Assembly: GCA_002269645.1 (NCBI GenBank)
Contig: NIVC01000735.1
Location: forward strand, 372,001-436,000
Origin: Macrostomum lignano
Taxonomy: Eukaryota
DNA length: 64,000 nucleotides
Direction of reading: 5' to 3'
Under the pieces are notes generated by a model. The model was not told the DNA's origin. It was given only the letters and a program-made list of their open reading frames with translations, and searched no databases. Each line of letters opens with the position of its first letter. The stretch's first letter is position 1. Of the stretch, positions 30,701-43,800 are shown in pieces. Both the position numbers and the translations under genes were made by a program.

Positions 30701-33700
30701 CTTTGTGTGTATTAAGTTTCCCCTATAAATAATATTAGCAAAAAAGCAAAAGTATCAATTATATTATTAGCTCAAAAGGGTTACTTTACGCAATTTAAGA
30801 GAATAATATACATTGTTGCAATGTAAGAAAAGGTCATGTATTGTTGCAACACTGGGGTAGATTTGAGAGTGGGCATACACCATAGTTCGGAATACCCTGA
30901 ATGTATGCCAGACTAAAATCTCTCACAATTTTTCGGTACAACAGTAAACATGCCTGCCCACCAGTAAGCATGCCCATTTTCAAATCTACGCCGGTATTGC
31001 GACAATAAATGACCTTTTTTACATTGTAACAATGAATTATTTTGTTTTTAAATTGTGTAAAGTAACCCTTTTTAGCTAACAATTTGGTTAATACTTTTGC
31101 TTTTTTGTTGATATTATTTATAGCAGAAACTTAATACACACAAAGATTTGTTTAAATTTTTTATTACAAGCTCTAAAAACCCGGAAAGCTTGAAATTGCT
31201 TAAAAATGAACTTGTTTTATGTTTTTTATTCACTTTTCACAAACTTTTCTGCATGATTCTATTAACTGCATGCACACTATTTTCTTAGACTTTTTGATTT
31301 AATTCCGCAACTATGGGAACATGTACACCACTTTTTAAATATGCATTTTTATACACTAGATAGTATGCCAGATTTCAAAAAGTAAAAAATTGTACGCCAA
31401 GTGTATGCCAAAAGTTGTGAATATACGCTAGATTAATCCGGCGTACTACCCCTCTTCTGGACTATGGAGCATACACTCAAACTTTGGCGTACACTGGCGT
31501 ACCAAAAAAATTGAGAGAGATTTTAGGGACTTCTTCAAGTTTATGTTGATAAAATACTTCCGATTTTTCAATTTTTCTGAAACTTGTAGTGGAGACTTAT
31601 GGGGCACCCAAAATTACAAAAATGCAAAAAAAGTGTAGAAAGTTACCTATACGGTTAATGCAATGACGATTTACTTGATTCCCTATTCTCTTAATAAGGT
31701 TCGGTGAGAAAAAGTTTCTACAAATACATTTTTGAAAGTGTATCCACTTGACTTTTAATTTTATGGCACATGTGCTAGAACTTCATTAGGCCAATTAAAG
31801 ATGAATATTAATATCTACAAATTAATATGCAAATGTTTTTTATGTTTGCGGATTATAGTTTTTCAATTTAGTTATAATGCATAGACAGTGCCACGTCACT
31901 GTGTGCTTTTTTCAAAAAACTGCCACGTCACAACCCGCTCAATCTTTGCACTTGCACTTTCACTGCACCCAGCCAAAGCAACGTTCAAAATTCGCACTTG
32001 TATTTTGCACCTCAAAACCAACTACTATATAAGGCTAGATTACTAATTCTATTGTATTAAGGCAGTAACAACACTTAATTTTGGTAAGCAAATTCATTTA
32101 GATAAAGTTATGTTGATTCAAGTTTATGTTGATATAATTAAACAGAGATTCATTGTCAAATAAATTCCAACTTGTTTCAACCCCCCCCCCCTATTAGAAT
32201 TGGAATTTATCAGCACAATCTTGAATAGGTCTCTATGCCTCTATTCAAGTTTATGTTGATAAAATCAATCCCCATGAAGAATCTCCCCACCCTAAAACCC
32301 CCCATTCCCCATGCCCTGGTGATTGGTTTTAAGCTACAACCCCCCCCCCCTATTAGAATTGGAATTTATCAGCACAATCTTGAATAGGTCTCTATGCCTC
32401 TATTCAAGTTTATGTTGATAAAATCAATCCCCATGAAGAATCTCCCCACCCTAAAACCCCCCATTCCCCATGCCCCGGTGGTTGGTTTTAAGCTACATAT
32501 AATTGGGTTAAAGCTACCTAAAAATGAAGCTCAAATTTGAAATCAGCACCATCAAAAACCTCTATAGAGACAAAATTATGATCCTATCCAAATTGAAACT
32601 ATTTTATCAACATAAACTTGAAGTTGAAGAAGTCCGATTTTAGTCCATTGTACATTCAGGGTGTTCCAAACTATGGTCATTAGGAATAGCTTAAGATAGA
32701 AAAAAGTACTTAAAAAACAAAGTTGTTAATTTTAATGTTTTAATAGCTCTGGTCTGGGGATATCTAAACATGCTAAAATCAGCTTTTCAAGTGGAGTAGA
32801 TGCAAAAAACATTGAAAAAATAGTTTGACAAAACAATTTGAAAAGAATGCCAAAATATTATATAAGTATAATTATTATTTTTAGTTTTTTATTTCACCTG
32901 ATTGAAATTAAATATCAAAATCACAACTCTTGTAGTAATACTTAAATCAACAATTTAGAGCTTTGCATAAGGTAATATATTTAGTATACACCAGTATATA
33001 CCAAAAAATGGTCAGAGTGTTTTGAACTATGGTCTATGCCATAAATTTGGCATTTGGCATTTGCAATTTTGATGGCACAAAAGTGATTATTAATGACATG
33101 TCAATATTACTAGACCTCTTAAGTGATAAGTCATTTTGCATTGTTAATAATTTATATTATTTGACATTTATATTATAAGCCAGCCATTATTTGTCCAGTG
33201 ACTAGACAAATAGCCTTTTTGCTATTTGTCTGTTTAAATTGATAACACAAAGTATCTTATTTGTTTTGTGATGAATATTCTAGATTTTTAAGACCTTTTC
33301 TCATATACTGATTACACTCTACATGCACCTAGAGTGTAAGCAAAGCAGTGTATTCAATTTGGCAATTTGGTGTATAAGACACACACTAGTATAACAATAT
33401 AATAATCAAGATATGAGTAAGAAGTCTTTGAAGTCTAGAATTATTTACCCTTGTGGTTTTTATGAACTATATATTTTAGCATTATCATTTTAACCAGACA
33501 AATAACAAAATGTCTATTTGTCTGGTAATAACCAGATGAATAGGAAAGCATGGTCAGGATCCAGTAACCGGACAAATAACCACATCACTATTCGTCTGGT
33601 CACCGGACAAATAACAACTGCCATATTACAAATATGATATTGATAGATTAGATAAATTAAACTTTAAGACTAATGACACTTTTAGACTTAATTACTATAC

Positions 33701-34091
33701 TTGTTTTAATGTAAAATGATTTTACTATTATTATGATCTGCACAGACATATAGCAAATTTATTAGAAAAGGTTAGTTAATGCATAATGATTAATGTCAAT
33801 GTGTTGCTAGACCTGGGCTAGCCAGCTAGGGTTAGGTTCATCTTAAATTCAAATAGGCAGGAGTTAATAGACATATTATAGTATTACCTGTAACTCAGCC
33901 CGCTCAACATCCCATTGAGATCTTTCCATTTCAAATTTTGTCCATTCTGTTTGTAAAAAGTGTAGAATACCAGCCATAGTATAAACTGGTTCTTTCCCAT
34001 TGTTGCTATCATTCATTGGGTTTCCATCATCTCCAGTTTGCTTATTATAGATTTCCATCGGTAGTGCTGTGAAAGCTGCCGCTTCCTCCAT
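24753..34091 (-). CDS. STRN: Striatin family (STRN/STRN3/Cka-like) WD40 scaffold protein, about 717 aa, 4 exons
   Basis: Exons 34091-33888 (YTMAGILHFLQTEWTKFEMERSQWDVERAELQ), 26927-26355 (ARIAFLQGERKGQENLKHDLVRRIKMLEFALKQERAKFHRLKFG), 26223-25445 (TWAIKFSLRSHFDSVR...ASEDCTLKLWN...TFRGH), 25350-24753 (...AHRKKFDEAIH...ASAGADGLAKVFV-stop). All are family hallmarks and phases are consistent. Confidence 0.93.
27674..28702. mobile_element. Foldback/MITE-like element with short TIRs and mirrored subterminal GAGACAT / ATGTCTY motifs
   Basis: CAGGTAAAAATT at the left, AATTTTTACTTG at the right; repeated GAGACAT motifs on the left and ATGTCTC/ATGTCTT on the right. Confidence 0.5.
30380..31467. mobile_element. 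Foldback element with two diverged inverted arms of about 500 bp; a partial third copy lies near 29530-29845
   Basis: CCATAGTCTGGAAGAGGGGTGGTACGCCGGAT... at 30380 aligns by eye with the reverse complement of ...GCGTACTACCCCTCTTCTGGACTATGG at 31467 over about 500 bp. Confidence 0.8.
31529..32635. mobile_element. Non-autonomous TIR element containing an internal tandem duplication of about 159 bp (about 32179-32497)
   Basis: GACTTCTTCAAGTTTATGTTGATAAAATA at the left versus TATTTTATCAACATAAACTTGAAG..AAGAAGTC at the right; the same motif recurs internally. Confidence 0.6.
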
Positions 34092-35190
34092 TAGTAAAGC
34101 TTCTTCTTTTTAATTTTCCATTTGTTACTTTTACGTGCACCGAAAGCCATGCACTACTGAATTTGGTCGAGCTTAATACCAACCAGTGCAGTAATTTGCT
34201 GGCTGTTTCTTAGAATTTATTAGGTTAGTCAGCATGCATATCTTAACAAGTTTTTGTTAAAATAAGACCTATGAAGCCTATAAAGCTTAAGGATAAAGTA
34301 CTTGCAGAGCCATTTTTAACTTTCATAAAATTATTTGTAAATAAAACTGAAATATTTTGTCGTGTTTGCTTCACAGATTGGCTTAATTTAACTTTTGCTT
34401 GTCGTGATAAATACTGATTTCATGGAATCAAGGAGACGAAACGATCAGCTCATAAATTGGTGCTGATCAGTTCAGATCGTGAGATCGTCATATTCTTTTT
34501 CGTCATATATGATGACGAAGTGGCCAGAGTCAATTGGGGTCATAATAGACACCACACTAGCTGATGACGAAATGCAGCAGATTGACGAAATGACTAGGAA
34601 CCTTAAATTTAGAATCTGTGGAGTCTAAACTTGAATGATGAATGCTAGTCCGCTCCAAATTATATGCACTATGCAGTTGCTATAAATCAGCGACTTATAG
34701 TCTACTTATTAACTTTTTATACTCGTACATGTATTCACACAGTAGATAGGATCCTATAGCCATATTGGTACTTTAGTGCTAAATATAATATGTGTCATTA
34801 TATAATATGGTGAATTACTGAATTTTTAAATTTCGTACCTACATGCGATTGACTTGATTGCAATTGTAAATGTGTCTTCCCAAAAGTATCTACATTCGCC
34901 TTTGAAGCGCAGTATCATACGTAAATACATGTACAAGCCACGTACAAAACATATGATAAACAATGTTTACAAGTCAATTTTTTTCTGTACATCAGCGTGT
35001 TATAAGCCGCACGAGTACATTTTGCTGCATATGCAATAGATGCATGCCGCAATCATCAAAACGAAATATATATTAGCTCAGCCGTCCACGATTATTATCT
35101 CATATCAACAAGATTTAAACGGTTGAAACCCAAAGTACATGTAGATGCCATCCAGGATTTTTTGCAGCGCGAAGTTTCCATCTTGCGCAT

Positions 35191-36030
35191 TCATTGAAGC
35201 AGCTGAACCGCTGTTGCATTTTGGCTCTCATCGGCGTCCCACTCGAGCTGGTCCCTAACCTGGTCGCTAGCCAGAAGGAACTCGCGCGCCTGTTGGCAGC
35301 CCAGATCGGTGGCCAGCTCCAATGGGGTCTGTCGCCGGCCACCCAGCTCTCGAGCTCGGACTCTCAGCTCAAGCCACACGCTGGAGTTGGAGCAGAACTG
35401 CTGCATCAGCTGGAGCATGTCTGCCCTGTCCCTCCTGACCAAGTAGTGCACCGGCGTCCACCCGAATCGGTCAGGCATCCTGAAGGCCCGGTGCAGAGGC
35501 CTCAGCCTGAAGCCGCCATTTGTCGCCATTGTCGCTTCGGTCAGACTGTCAAGCAGCACTTGCAGAGCCTCCAGGCCAGCGTCCTCCGCGCAGTGGTGAA
35601 AGGCGTTCTTGCCATAGGCGTCGTATCGGGTGTACACCTGTTCGGGATCGCGCAGCACCAGCTGCCGAATCACTTCCCGGTGCGCTGGTCCGTCGTGGCT
35701 CAGCGCGAGCATCAGCAACGTCTCCTTAGCAACTGACCGGTGATCCAGGACACCCGCGAAGTAGCGGGCGGTCAGATCCACAAGCAGCTGAGCAGTCTCA
35801 GGTTTCCGCATCAGCAAGGCGATGCCGATCAATGAATCGCCATTGCGGTTGACGCAAGCGAGCAGTCCTGGCGAAGAGACGAATTGCTGGAGCAGGCCTG
35901 ACTCAGCCTCGCCGGTGCATGCATAGTGTAGCGCGGCTCGGATCCACCGGCCCGCAACCGCATGGCAACCAGCAGTCTGCTTTCCCAGCTTGGGAGGAGG
36001 CGCGCACTCGCCAACGAGCAGCGATTCCAT
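35191..36030 (-). CDS. Intronless ankyrin-repeat protein (about 279 aa, about 5 ANK repeats)
   Basis: Uninterrupted ORF from ATG 36030. ANK-like units NRNGDSLIGIAL, KETLLMLAL, DAYGKNAFHHCAE..LEALQVLL, DRFGWTPVHYLV, RQTPLELATDLG. Confidence 0.82.
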   Translation of the reverse strand: MESLLVGECAPPPKLGKQTAGCHAVAGRWIRAALHYACTGEAESGLLQQFVSSPGLLACVNRNGDSLIGIALLMRKPETAQLLVDLTARYFAGVLDHRSVAKETLLMLALSHDGPAHREVIRQLVLRDPEQVYTRYDAYGKNAFHHCAEDAGLEALQVLLDSLTEATMATNGGFRLRPLHRAFRMPDRFGWTPVHYLVRRDRADMLQLMQQFCSNSSVWLELRVRARELGGRRQTPLELATDLGCQQAREFLLASDQVRDQLEWDADESQNATAVQLLQ

Positions 36031-36974
36031 TTTCTCAACATTCAAGAAAGGGAACTTTGAGCGGACAGGGCATAATTATCAGATATATAGGCGAGGTCAG
36101 GGCTGAGTACAGCAGATGCTACAAGGTACATTCTAAGCCACACAATTGTACTGCTAGTTTAAGACACTAAGTGGACTTCGCCTTCCAAACAGCACTGCAT
36201 ATTTTTAGCCAAGCTGTACTGTACTATACGTACAAGGTACTGTAGGCTACATGCATTGCAAAACACAAATTCTATTATTAGCTCTTGCACACGCAATGCT
36301 GCAGTTGAACTGCGCTAACAGATTGACATAAAAGCAGATCCGCAAATAATAAACAGTGGATTAAAAGTATAATCACAAAAGAATTTTAAACTCTGTCCTG
36401 TTGAGCAAAAGACTCAGTAAGACTTTATAAATGCCAATTTAAATAAGTGCAATTTTATTTATAAAAGCGTTAAAAAGCTGACAAAAAGGGCGCACTACAT
36501 GTACTATTGAGTGCAATTAACAGACTTGAACAGCGATACAAAAGGTTAAACGCAACCAACATTGGCCGAATGTTTAGGGACAAAAAGTGCACTAAGAACT
36601 TATAAAATTGTTTGAGCCAAAAGAAGAATCTGCCTGCTTGCTTAAAGCGTCATCGATTTGATCCTACAGCACACTCTATTAATATTCCCTAAAATATTGA
36701 CACAATTTTATTACTCTATCATGCGACTGCACTGTTGTCAGATTGGGCCAGGTAACATGCTACAGATGCGCTTATTTACGACCGCATAAAACACCCAACT
36801 CACTCAAAACTGACCTGATCATATCTCCTGATCATTGGAGCTGGGCTGACAAAAGTATTCGTAAAATTTAAACTGTAGATGTACGATGCGACAAGCATCA
36901 AAAGTATATTTACCACGGATTGGCGAGCAAGAAGATGATACACTTAGCGATCGATCGAGAGGGACTTCGATATC

Positions 36975-37553
36975 GACTCGAAAAGTGAAGGATTCGGCCA
37001 TCGACTCAGAAAGTGAAGGATTCGGCCATCGACTCAGAAAGTGAAGGATTCGGCCATCGACTCAGAAAGTGGAGGATTCGACCATTGACTCAGAAAGGGA
37101 CTTGGCCATTGACTTAGAGGGACTTGACCAATGACTGAAAACACTGAAACCCCAGAATCGATTTTTAAAATTCATCTAAAGAATTGTATTTCGCTCTAAT
37201 TTTCATGCCTTTGGGATTAAAAATATTTAATCCCAAAATAGAAAGCAGTAGAGCTCTCTCATTCACTGCATCAAGTCAGTAGGTTCCAGGATCACTGCAT
37301 CAGGGTCAGTAGGGTCCAGGATCACTGTGTCAGGGTGAGTAGGCTCCAGGATCACTGTGTCAGGGTGAGTAGGCTCAAGGATCACTGTGTCAGGGTGAGT
37401 AGGCTCCAGGATCACTGTGTCAGGGTGAGTAGGCTCAAAGATCACTGTGTCAGGGTGAGTAGGCTCCAGGATCACTGTCAGGGTGAGTAGGCTCAAGGAT
37501 CACTGTGTCAGGGTGAGTAGGCTCCAGGATCACTGTGTCAGGGTGAGTAGGTT
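36975..37553. repeat. Two short minisatellites: about 28-bp (CGGCCATCGACTCAGAAAGTGAAGGATT) at 36975-37090 and 30-bp (GGATCACTGTGTCAGGGTGAGTAGGCTCCA) at 37268-37553
   Basis: Directly visible. Confidence 0.88.
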
Positions 37554-37884
37554 CGAGTCGGGATTGCTGGATTACTAGAGTCGGGAAAAACAGATCTAAG
37601 GGTTATCTCAGCGGGGTCAGTGGGTTCGAAAAAGTGAAAAAGATCGCTGGTTTGCCGTCACCCGACTTTATAAAGTAATTGTCAAAAAATTGCTTGAACT
37701 AGTTTTCCCATGAATACAGCTCAAATGCAATCTACATGTAGGACGTTAAACTAAGGTTTTTCAGTAATGCTAGGTTGTCTTAAGGTTACCAAAAAGTCTC
37801 TTAAGGAAGGCAGCGTCAACAAGGTGTCGATAGTCGTAGGGGAGAAACAGTTGTCTAAAAGGGACAGAAAGTCGAAAAAGGGGC

Positions 37885-38720
37885 TGTAACTGGTGTCTGG
37901 AGGGGACGGTAACTGCATGGTGTCTGGAGGGGACGTTAACTGGCGTCTGGAGGGGACGGTAACTGGTGTCTGGAGGGGACGGTAACAGGGGTCGGGAGGG
38001 GACGGTAACTGGTGTCTGGAGGGGACGGTAACAGGGGTCGGGAGGGGACGGTAACTGGTGTCTGGAGGGGACGGTAACAGGGGTCTGGAGGGGACGGTAA
38101 CTGGCGTCTGGAGGGGACGGTAACTGGTGTCTGGAGGGGACGGTAACAGGGGTCTGGAGGGGACGGTAACTGGTGTCTGGAGGGGACGGTAACAGGGGTC
38201 TGGAGGGGATGGTACATAACTGGGGTCTGAAGGGGACGGTAACAGGGGTCTGGAGAGGACGGTAACAGGGGTCTGGAGAAGACGGTAACAGGGGTCTGGA
38301 GGGGACGGTACATGTAACTGGTGTCTAGAAGGGACGGTACATGTAACTAGAGTCTAGAGGGGACGGTAACAGGAGTCTAGAGGGGACGGTAACAGGAGTC
38401 TAGAGGGGACGGTAACATGGGTCTGGAGGGGACGGTAACAGCTGGTGTCTTAAAGGGAAAGTAACAGGCGTCTAAATGGGATAGTAGCAGGTTTCTAGAG
38501 GGGACGGTAACAGGCGTCTAAAGGGGACGGTAACAGGCGTCTAAAGGGGACGGTAACAGGAGTCTAAAGGGGACGGTAACACGAGTCTAGAGGGGACGGT
38601 AACAGGCGTCTAGAGGGGACGGTAACAGGAGTCTAAAGGGGACGGTAAAAGGCGTCTAAAGGGGACGGTAACACGAGTCTAGAGGGGACGGTAACAGGCG
38701 TCTAAATGGGATGCTAACAG
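37885..38720. repeat. About 21-bp minisatellite (TCTGGAGGGGACGGTAACAGG family)
   Basis: Directly visible degenerate array. Confidence 0.92.
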
Positions 38721-40835
38721 CTGTCTAGATTACGGTATCAGATGGGATTTTTAATCCACTCTGGTCGCAGTGATGCAGCTGGTTCCAGGTCTACTCAACT
38801 CGAGGTAAGCAGGTGTCAGATGGATCTAACTTGATCATCAGAAAGTGCCGCATGCAGGCAGAGTTCCATGCTTTCGAGACTGGAAGGATCGCGGAATTTC
38901 ACTAAAGATGGCGTAACATTGGGAATCTCAACATAAACAACACACGGCCCGTTGACCGGACTACCGATCTTCACTGACAGCCTTGCCAAACAGTCAATCA
39001 AAGGTTGGCTTTGCATGCAGACAAAATGAATCCAACTTGTAGGGCGATATTCTTCAGCCGTTATTATGTGGAAGCTGATTTCGACAGGAAGTAAACCTTA
39101 AAGTACGCACTGCATCATGATTCATGAAGCCGAAGCTACACAACCTTCCGGCGCTCCGATGATTCAATCGAATAACGCAGATGAACCCAACAGGTGAATA
39201 GCGAATCGACGTATTGTAGTACAGCTGCACTGAAACCTGCAAGATCCTTTTCAATGGGTGTTTTAGCATGCCATTGGCAACGACTACTGACTAGTATAGT
39301 AATATACGGTGCTTTTTACTCTCGAACATGGTGTTTCACTCTAACTCAAACCGCTACTTCTCATCGGATACATGCCACGATGCCAAGAAATTCAGTCGAG
39401 TGGCTCCAAGAAGAGCTAAGAGAAAAAAGAGCAACCCTGTACTATCAAGATTTCTCACTACTGCAAGTAGCTTAAATAACCAACAGTGCTTCATTCGCAC
39501 CTGAAACCCTGAGGCTGAGTTGCTTTTCAAACGGCTTAAATAAGTAACCAGGAAGACACTCATTAGTTCGCTTAATTCGTTGCGTGTATTTGTTACATAC
39601 TTTAAAGTACATCGCACCTGGCCCATTGCATCGAAATCCTTGAGTATTTTTATGGTCCGGGTACTCGACTAAAAGTTCACTCCTAGCTGCTCTGGTTAAT
39701 ACTGGTACTACAGTAATACTCACTGCAGTCATGTACAGTTAGACTATCAACCATCAGTACGCAGGCAAGTCATGCGCCACTCGGCTCCGAAACAGCGCCA
39801 CCTACACGACGTCGCGTATCTTGAAATTCAATCAATCCGGCTTTTAATCTTCTTCATAAGTTTAAATTCAATGCTGCACTGTCACTTAATGAATCTTAAG
39901 CAGAGTCAAACACATGCACACGGGAGTGTTCGACGGCCTCGACCGATCTTTAAAAAAAGATCTTGATGAATAAAAATCTAGTTAAAACTCTACTCACACT
40001 ACTAACTGCTAATACAAGTAGCAAGCAGGCAGTTTTTTTCTTTACTGGCTCGAACTGCGTAGAAAAAATAAATGAAAAAAGCAGACAAAGAAGTCTCATC
40101 GAAACTGTTTCAAATTGAGAGTTTATTAACAGGAAAAGTTGTTTTAGTTTTCTCATCAGGATAGAACGGGTGCAGGGCGGGCAACTCGGCAGGAAGCTGA
40201 TTGCAACACGAGCGGCTTCATCAATGAGATGGCTTCATCAACAAATTGGATTACGCTGGAGCTATAGATTGCCAGTCGAAAGAGGGGCATTATTAGTTTG
40301 AAAATTTGAAATTAAACAGCAAATTCAACAACGAGAAGCAGGCGATCAATTCAGAATAGAACGCTGGAGGCGGGAAAATATTGAATCTTAGCCTCGGCGA
40401 GCTCGAACAGGGAACAGCCGCATGTTTGATACGGCCGAGCCGAGCGGCAAAACCGGTGAAAAATCAACACATATTGAAGAAATTATTAGGCCTACGAATC
40501 GCACAATGAGCCCACGGTACCATGCTACCTAATAAAATTGCTAATCCTGATGACCAACACGAGCTGACCAGGAATTTACTGGATAGAAAAAGCAGATTTG
40601 CCGGCAATGAGTTTGCAAAATTAGTCCAATTATTACAGCAAAGCCAGCGGGCAGCAAATTGTACAAATTGCGGTGAGCTGTTGCTACAGGAACACAAACT
40701 CGAATAGCATACAGTAGAAGCTAAACGGCTACTTCAACCACCGGCATTTCCCCAGCTATGCAATAATATTCCAAGAAGACTAATGAATTAAAATAGTATG
40801 CATATATATATATTTGTATATTAGTTCCAAGACGC

Positions 40836-43800
40836 TCACGGCCGCCTGGGCGGGAAGGGGAACAGCGGCCGCGGCGGCCCGTTCGGGAAATTCTGGCGCG
40901 CGCCGGCTCCGCCGATGACGCCCGCCCCGATGCCGCTCATGCCGCCGCCGCCGAAGGTCGCTGTGGCGGCGAACCGGCTGAATGGCACCGGGCCGGGCCG
41001 CGATGACACTCGCTGCTGCGGCTGAAGCAGCGGCCCGCTTAGCAGCGATTGCGGCTGGCCAAAATGCGGTGACAGCGCCGGCGACATCGGGCCCGGCAGC
41101 ATGCCCTGTCCGCGCATCAGCTGCGGCGGCGGCGGCGGCATCCGCAGCAGCGGCTGCACCTGCTTGGCCGACGGCTCCCGCTCGGGCGGCGCCGAGGGAT
41201 GCCGCTGTGGCATTGCCAGCCGGGGCTTTGAACCCACCTGTGCCGCCTCCGCCTTCATACCGGACTTTGCTTCTGCATTCGCTGCTGCCTTGAGCTTCGG
41301 GGAGCCCGGCTCCGGCGCGGCTGGCTCGGCCGGCTTTGCCGCTTCCGTCGCGTTTGTCGCGGCCGAGGACGCTTCGGCTGCAGACGGTTCGGCAGACTCG
41401 GCCGCCTCAGGCGACTGCTCAGCCTGGGCGCGGTACTCGCTGGCCAGGGCCGGCGGCCGCTCGAACGACGCCGAGTCCACGGCCTCCTCGGTGCCCTTGC
41501 TGACAACCCAGTAGCGGCCGCAGCGGCCGTCATTCAGCAGCACCTCGCGCAGCTGCATGAGCGGCAGCTTCTTGCAGATGAGCAGCTGGCGGAACTTGTC
41601 CGTGTTGCCGACAATCCGATAGAACAGGCCGAGCTCGCAGGCGCACTCGATAAACATTGGCCACTTGGGCTCGAAGTCGCGCTGATGAAATTTCAGCGGC
41701 TCCAAAAAATCTGGCGTGTTCTTCACGTAGTGCGTGAGCAGCTGCATGAAGTCTTGGCGCATGGTCTTCTCCTGCGGGATGTGGCGAGCCTTGTTAAAGT
41801 ACAAGTATGTATTTGCACCCCTCCTTGCTCCTTGACTTGCTTTCTTGAGCATAGTACTCAAAATTGAGCTGATTCCTGCACTCTTGCACTGAGTCTAGAA
41901 ATGAATGAAAGCTGTAATTCCAACAGTCTACTTTTTGAAGTCCTTGACCCTAAGGCTCTGTTGCAGAATCCAGTAAATTTAACTGTCATCTTCCCAACTT
42001 GTCTAGAAGGCTATAAAAACAGGATTTCGGCAACAAACCCGAAACTCGGTAAGCCGCTGCATCTTCAAATACAGCAGGTAGTGCGTGGCGTCCACCTCCT
42101 GATCCCACAGCACCGACGGGTCCAGCGGCTCCCGGCTGCCGCTGACGTCAACGGCTACCCGCATCTGCCTGTGGAACAGATTGTTCGTGGCGTTCCTGGC
42201 CGCGAAGCCGCGCGCCTTGTCGATGGTGCTGCCGTAGCCGTAGCCGGCGAACTGCCTGTCAACGAACAGCGCGCAGTTGAACAGGCCGTTGCTGAGCACC
42301 TCGAACTCGAAGCTGATCAGCATGTTGGAGAAGCGGCCCGAGTTGTACAAGAAGCGCACCGGGTTCATGATCTGGTGCGGCGTCTCAGGCGCGCCCTCGG
42401 TCAGCAGCCACAGCTCGCGCAGCGGCTTTACGTTGCGGCTCTCGAAGCGCTCCTCGTCCATTGGCACAGCGTCGCGGCTGCTGGAGTCGGCGGGGTCCTT
42501 CCTGCTCAGCGGCTTGTTTTTCATCCACAGCGGCTCGTTCGGATCGCTCAGGTAGGGCGGCAGGTCCGGTATGAGGGTGTTCTTCTCGCTCAGGCACAGC
42601 ACCAGGTATTCGGTGCCCAGCCAGCGCCTGGAGGAGCCGACCACGTGACACGGCCGCATCAGCAGCTTGAAGGCCTGGCGGGCCGCCGCCTCCTGTGAGC
42701 CGTTCTTCCAGTCGGCGCCGCCCTGCGTGATGAACACGTTGGCTGGCGGTGGGGATGGTTGGGTGTCGGTTGATTGCACAGGTTCTAGAGCTTGGATGCA
42801 CATTTAAGCACCAAACTGTAGAAGGTCTAACGTGTACGGATCGTGGACAAATAATGTATAACTTGGCAGCCGCTTTGAACTTGTGTTTTTGTCTACCTAC
42901 GTCAGATAATAATAATTTATTACACCTGCCTTAATTGGGCCAGGTGTGCAATCGACAGCTCAGCCGCAGCCATTGACTGGGGGGGGATGTCACCACATTC
43001 TGGTGCACATTTTACAACTGGGTGAACTGAAGCAACGCAGAGTTAAGTGTCTTACTCAGGGACACAAATTGTTTCAGTGAGATTTGGAATCGAACCGAAC
43101 CCCCGACCTTCTAGTCGTGAGTCCGACGCTCTAACCACTAGGCTACAACCCCCCCCCCCCCCTTGGGGATGGATGACCCTACGTCACCGATGGGGAATGC
43201 ACACTTCGCAGTTCTTCTACTCAAGCTTATGATGTAGTTGCATTCCTAGAGCTTGTTTCAAGTAAAAATTTTGAGCCAACATTGCAAATCTCGCACAAAA
43301 CAGCAAAGATTTTGCAGCAGAAGCAAAAGAAGGCTTCTGTTTTAAGCTTGGCTATTGAAAAAGCAAGCTTCAATGATAGGCATCCAGCTTTACGAGCACA
43401 TAATTTATCATTCAATCCTAATGAAAAGCCCAGCTTCTAATTCTGAAAGCCTGCGAGCAGCAGTGAGTGAAGTGAATTCAACGATGGAGTGCAGGCGCAT
43501 TGGCGCAACAACAATGCAAGCCGCCTTACCGATGAGAATGTCGCACAGGTGCAGCCGATAGTTAATGGGCGGCCGGTCGTAGTAGCCCTGCTCAAGAGGG
43601 CTGAGATCTGCCAGGGTGCCGAACACGTACTGGACATTCAGAGACAGCACCTTGCTGACGGCCTTGTTCAGCAGCTCGGCGTAGGACAGCTTCAAGCGCA
43701 GCAAGATGTCATTTTCAGCCTCCTCAATGGAGGCCTTCTTGCGGCGCAGCTCCTCGGACAGGCGGTTGATGGCGTCCTGCTTGTCGGACAAAATCTCAGG

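Noticed and set aside
42950-43147. Functional tRNA gene
   Set aside because: It has A/B boxes but no proper acceptor stem and continues into a SINE body, so it is called as a SINE.
43408-43529. NKRF-like ORF ending at the stop at 43408
   Set aside because: A strong donor G|GTAAGG at 43529 splices in phase to 42742 and completes a dsRBD-like motif, so the ORF tail is intronic.
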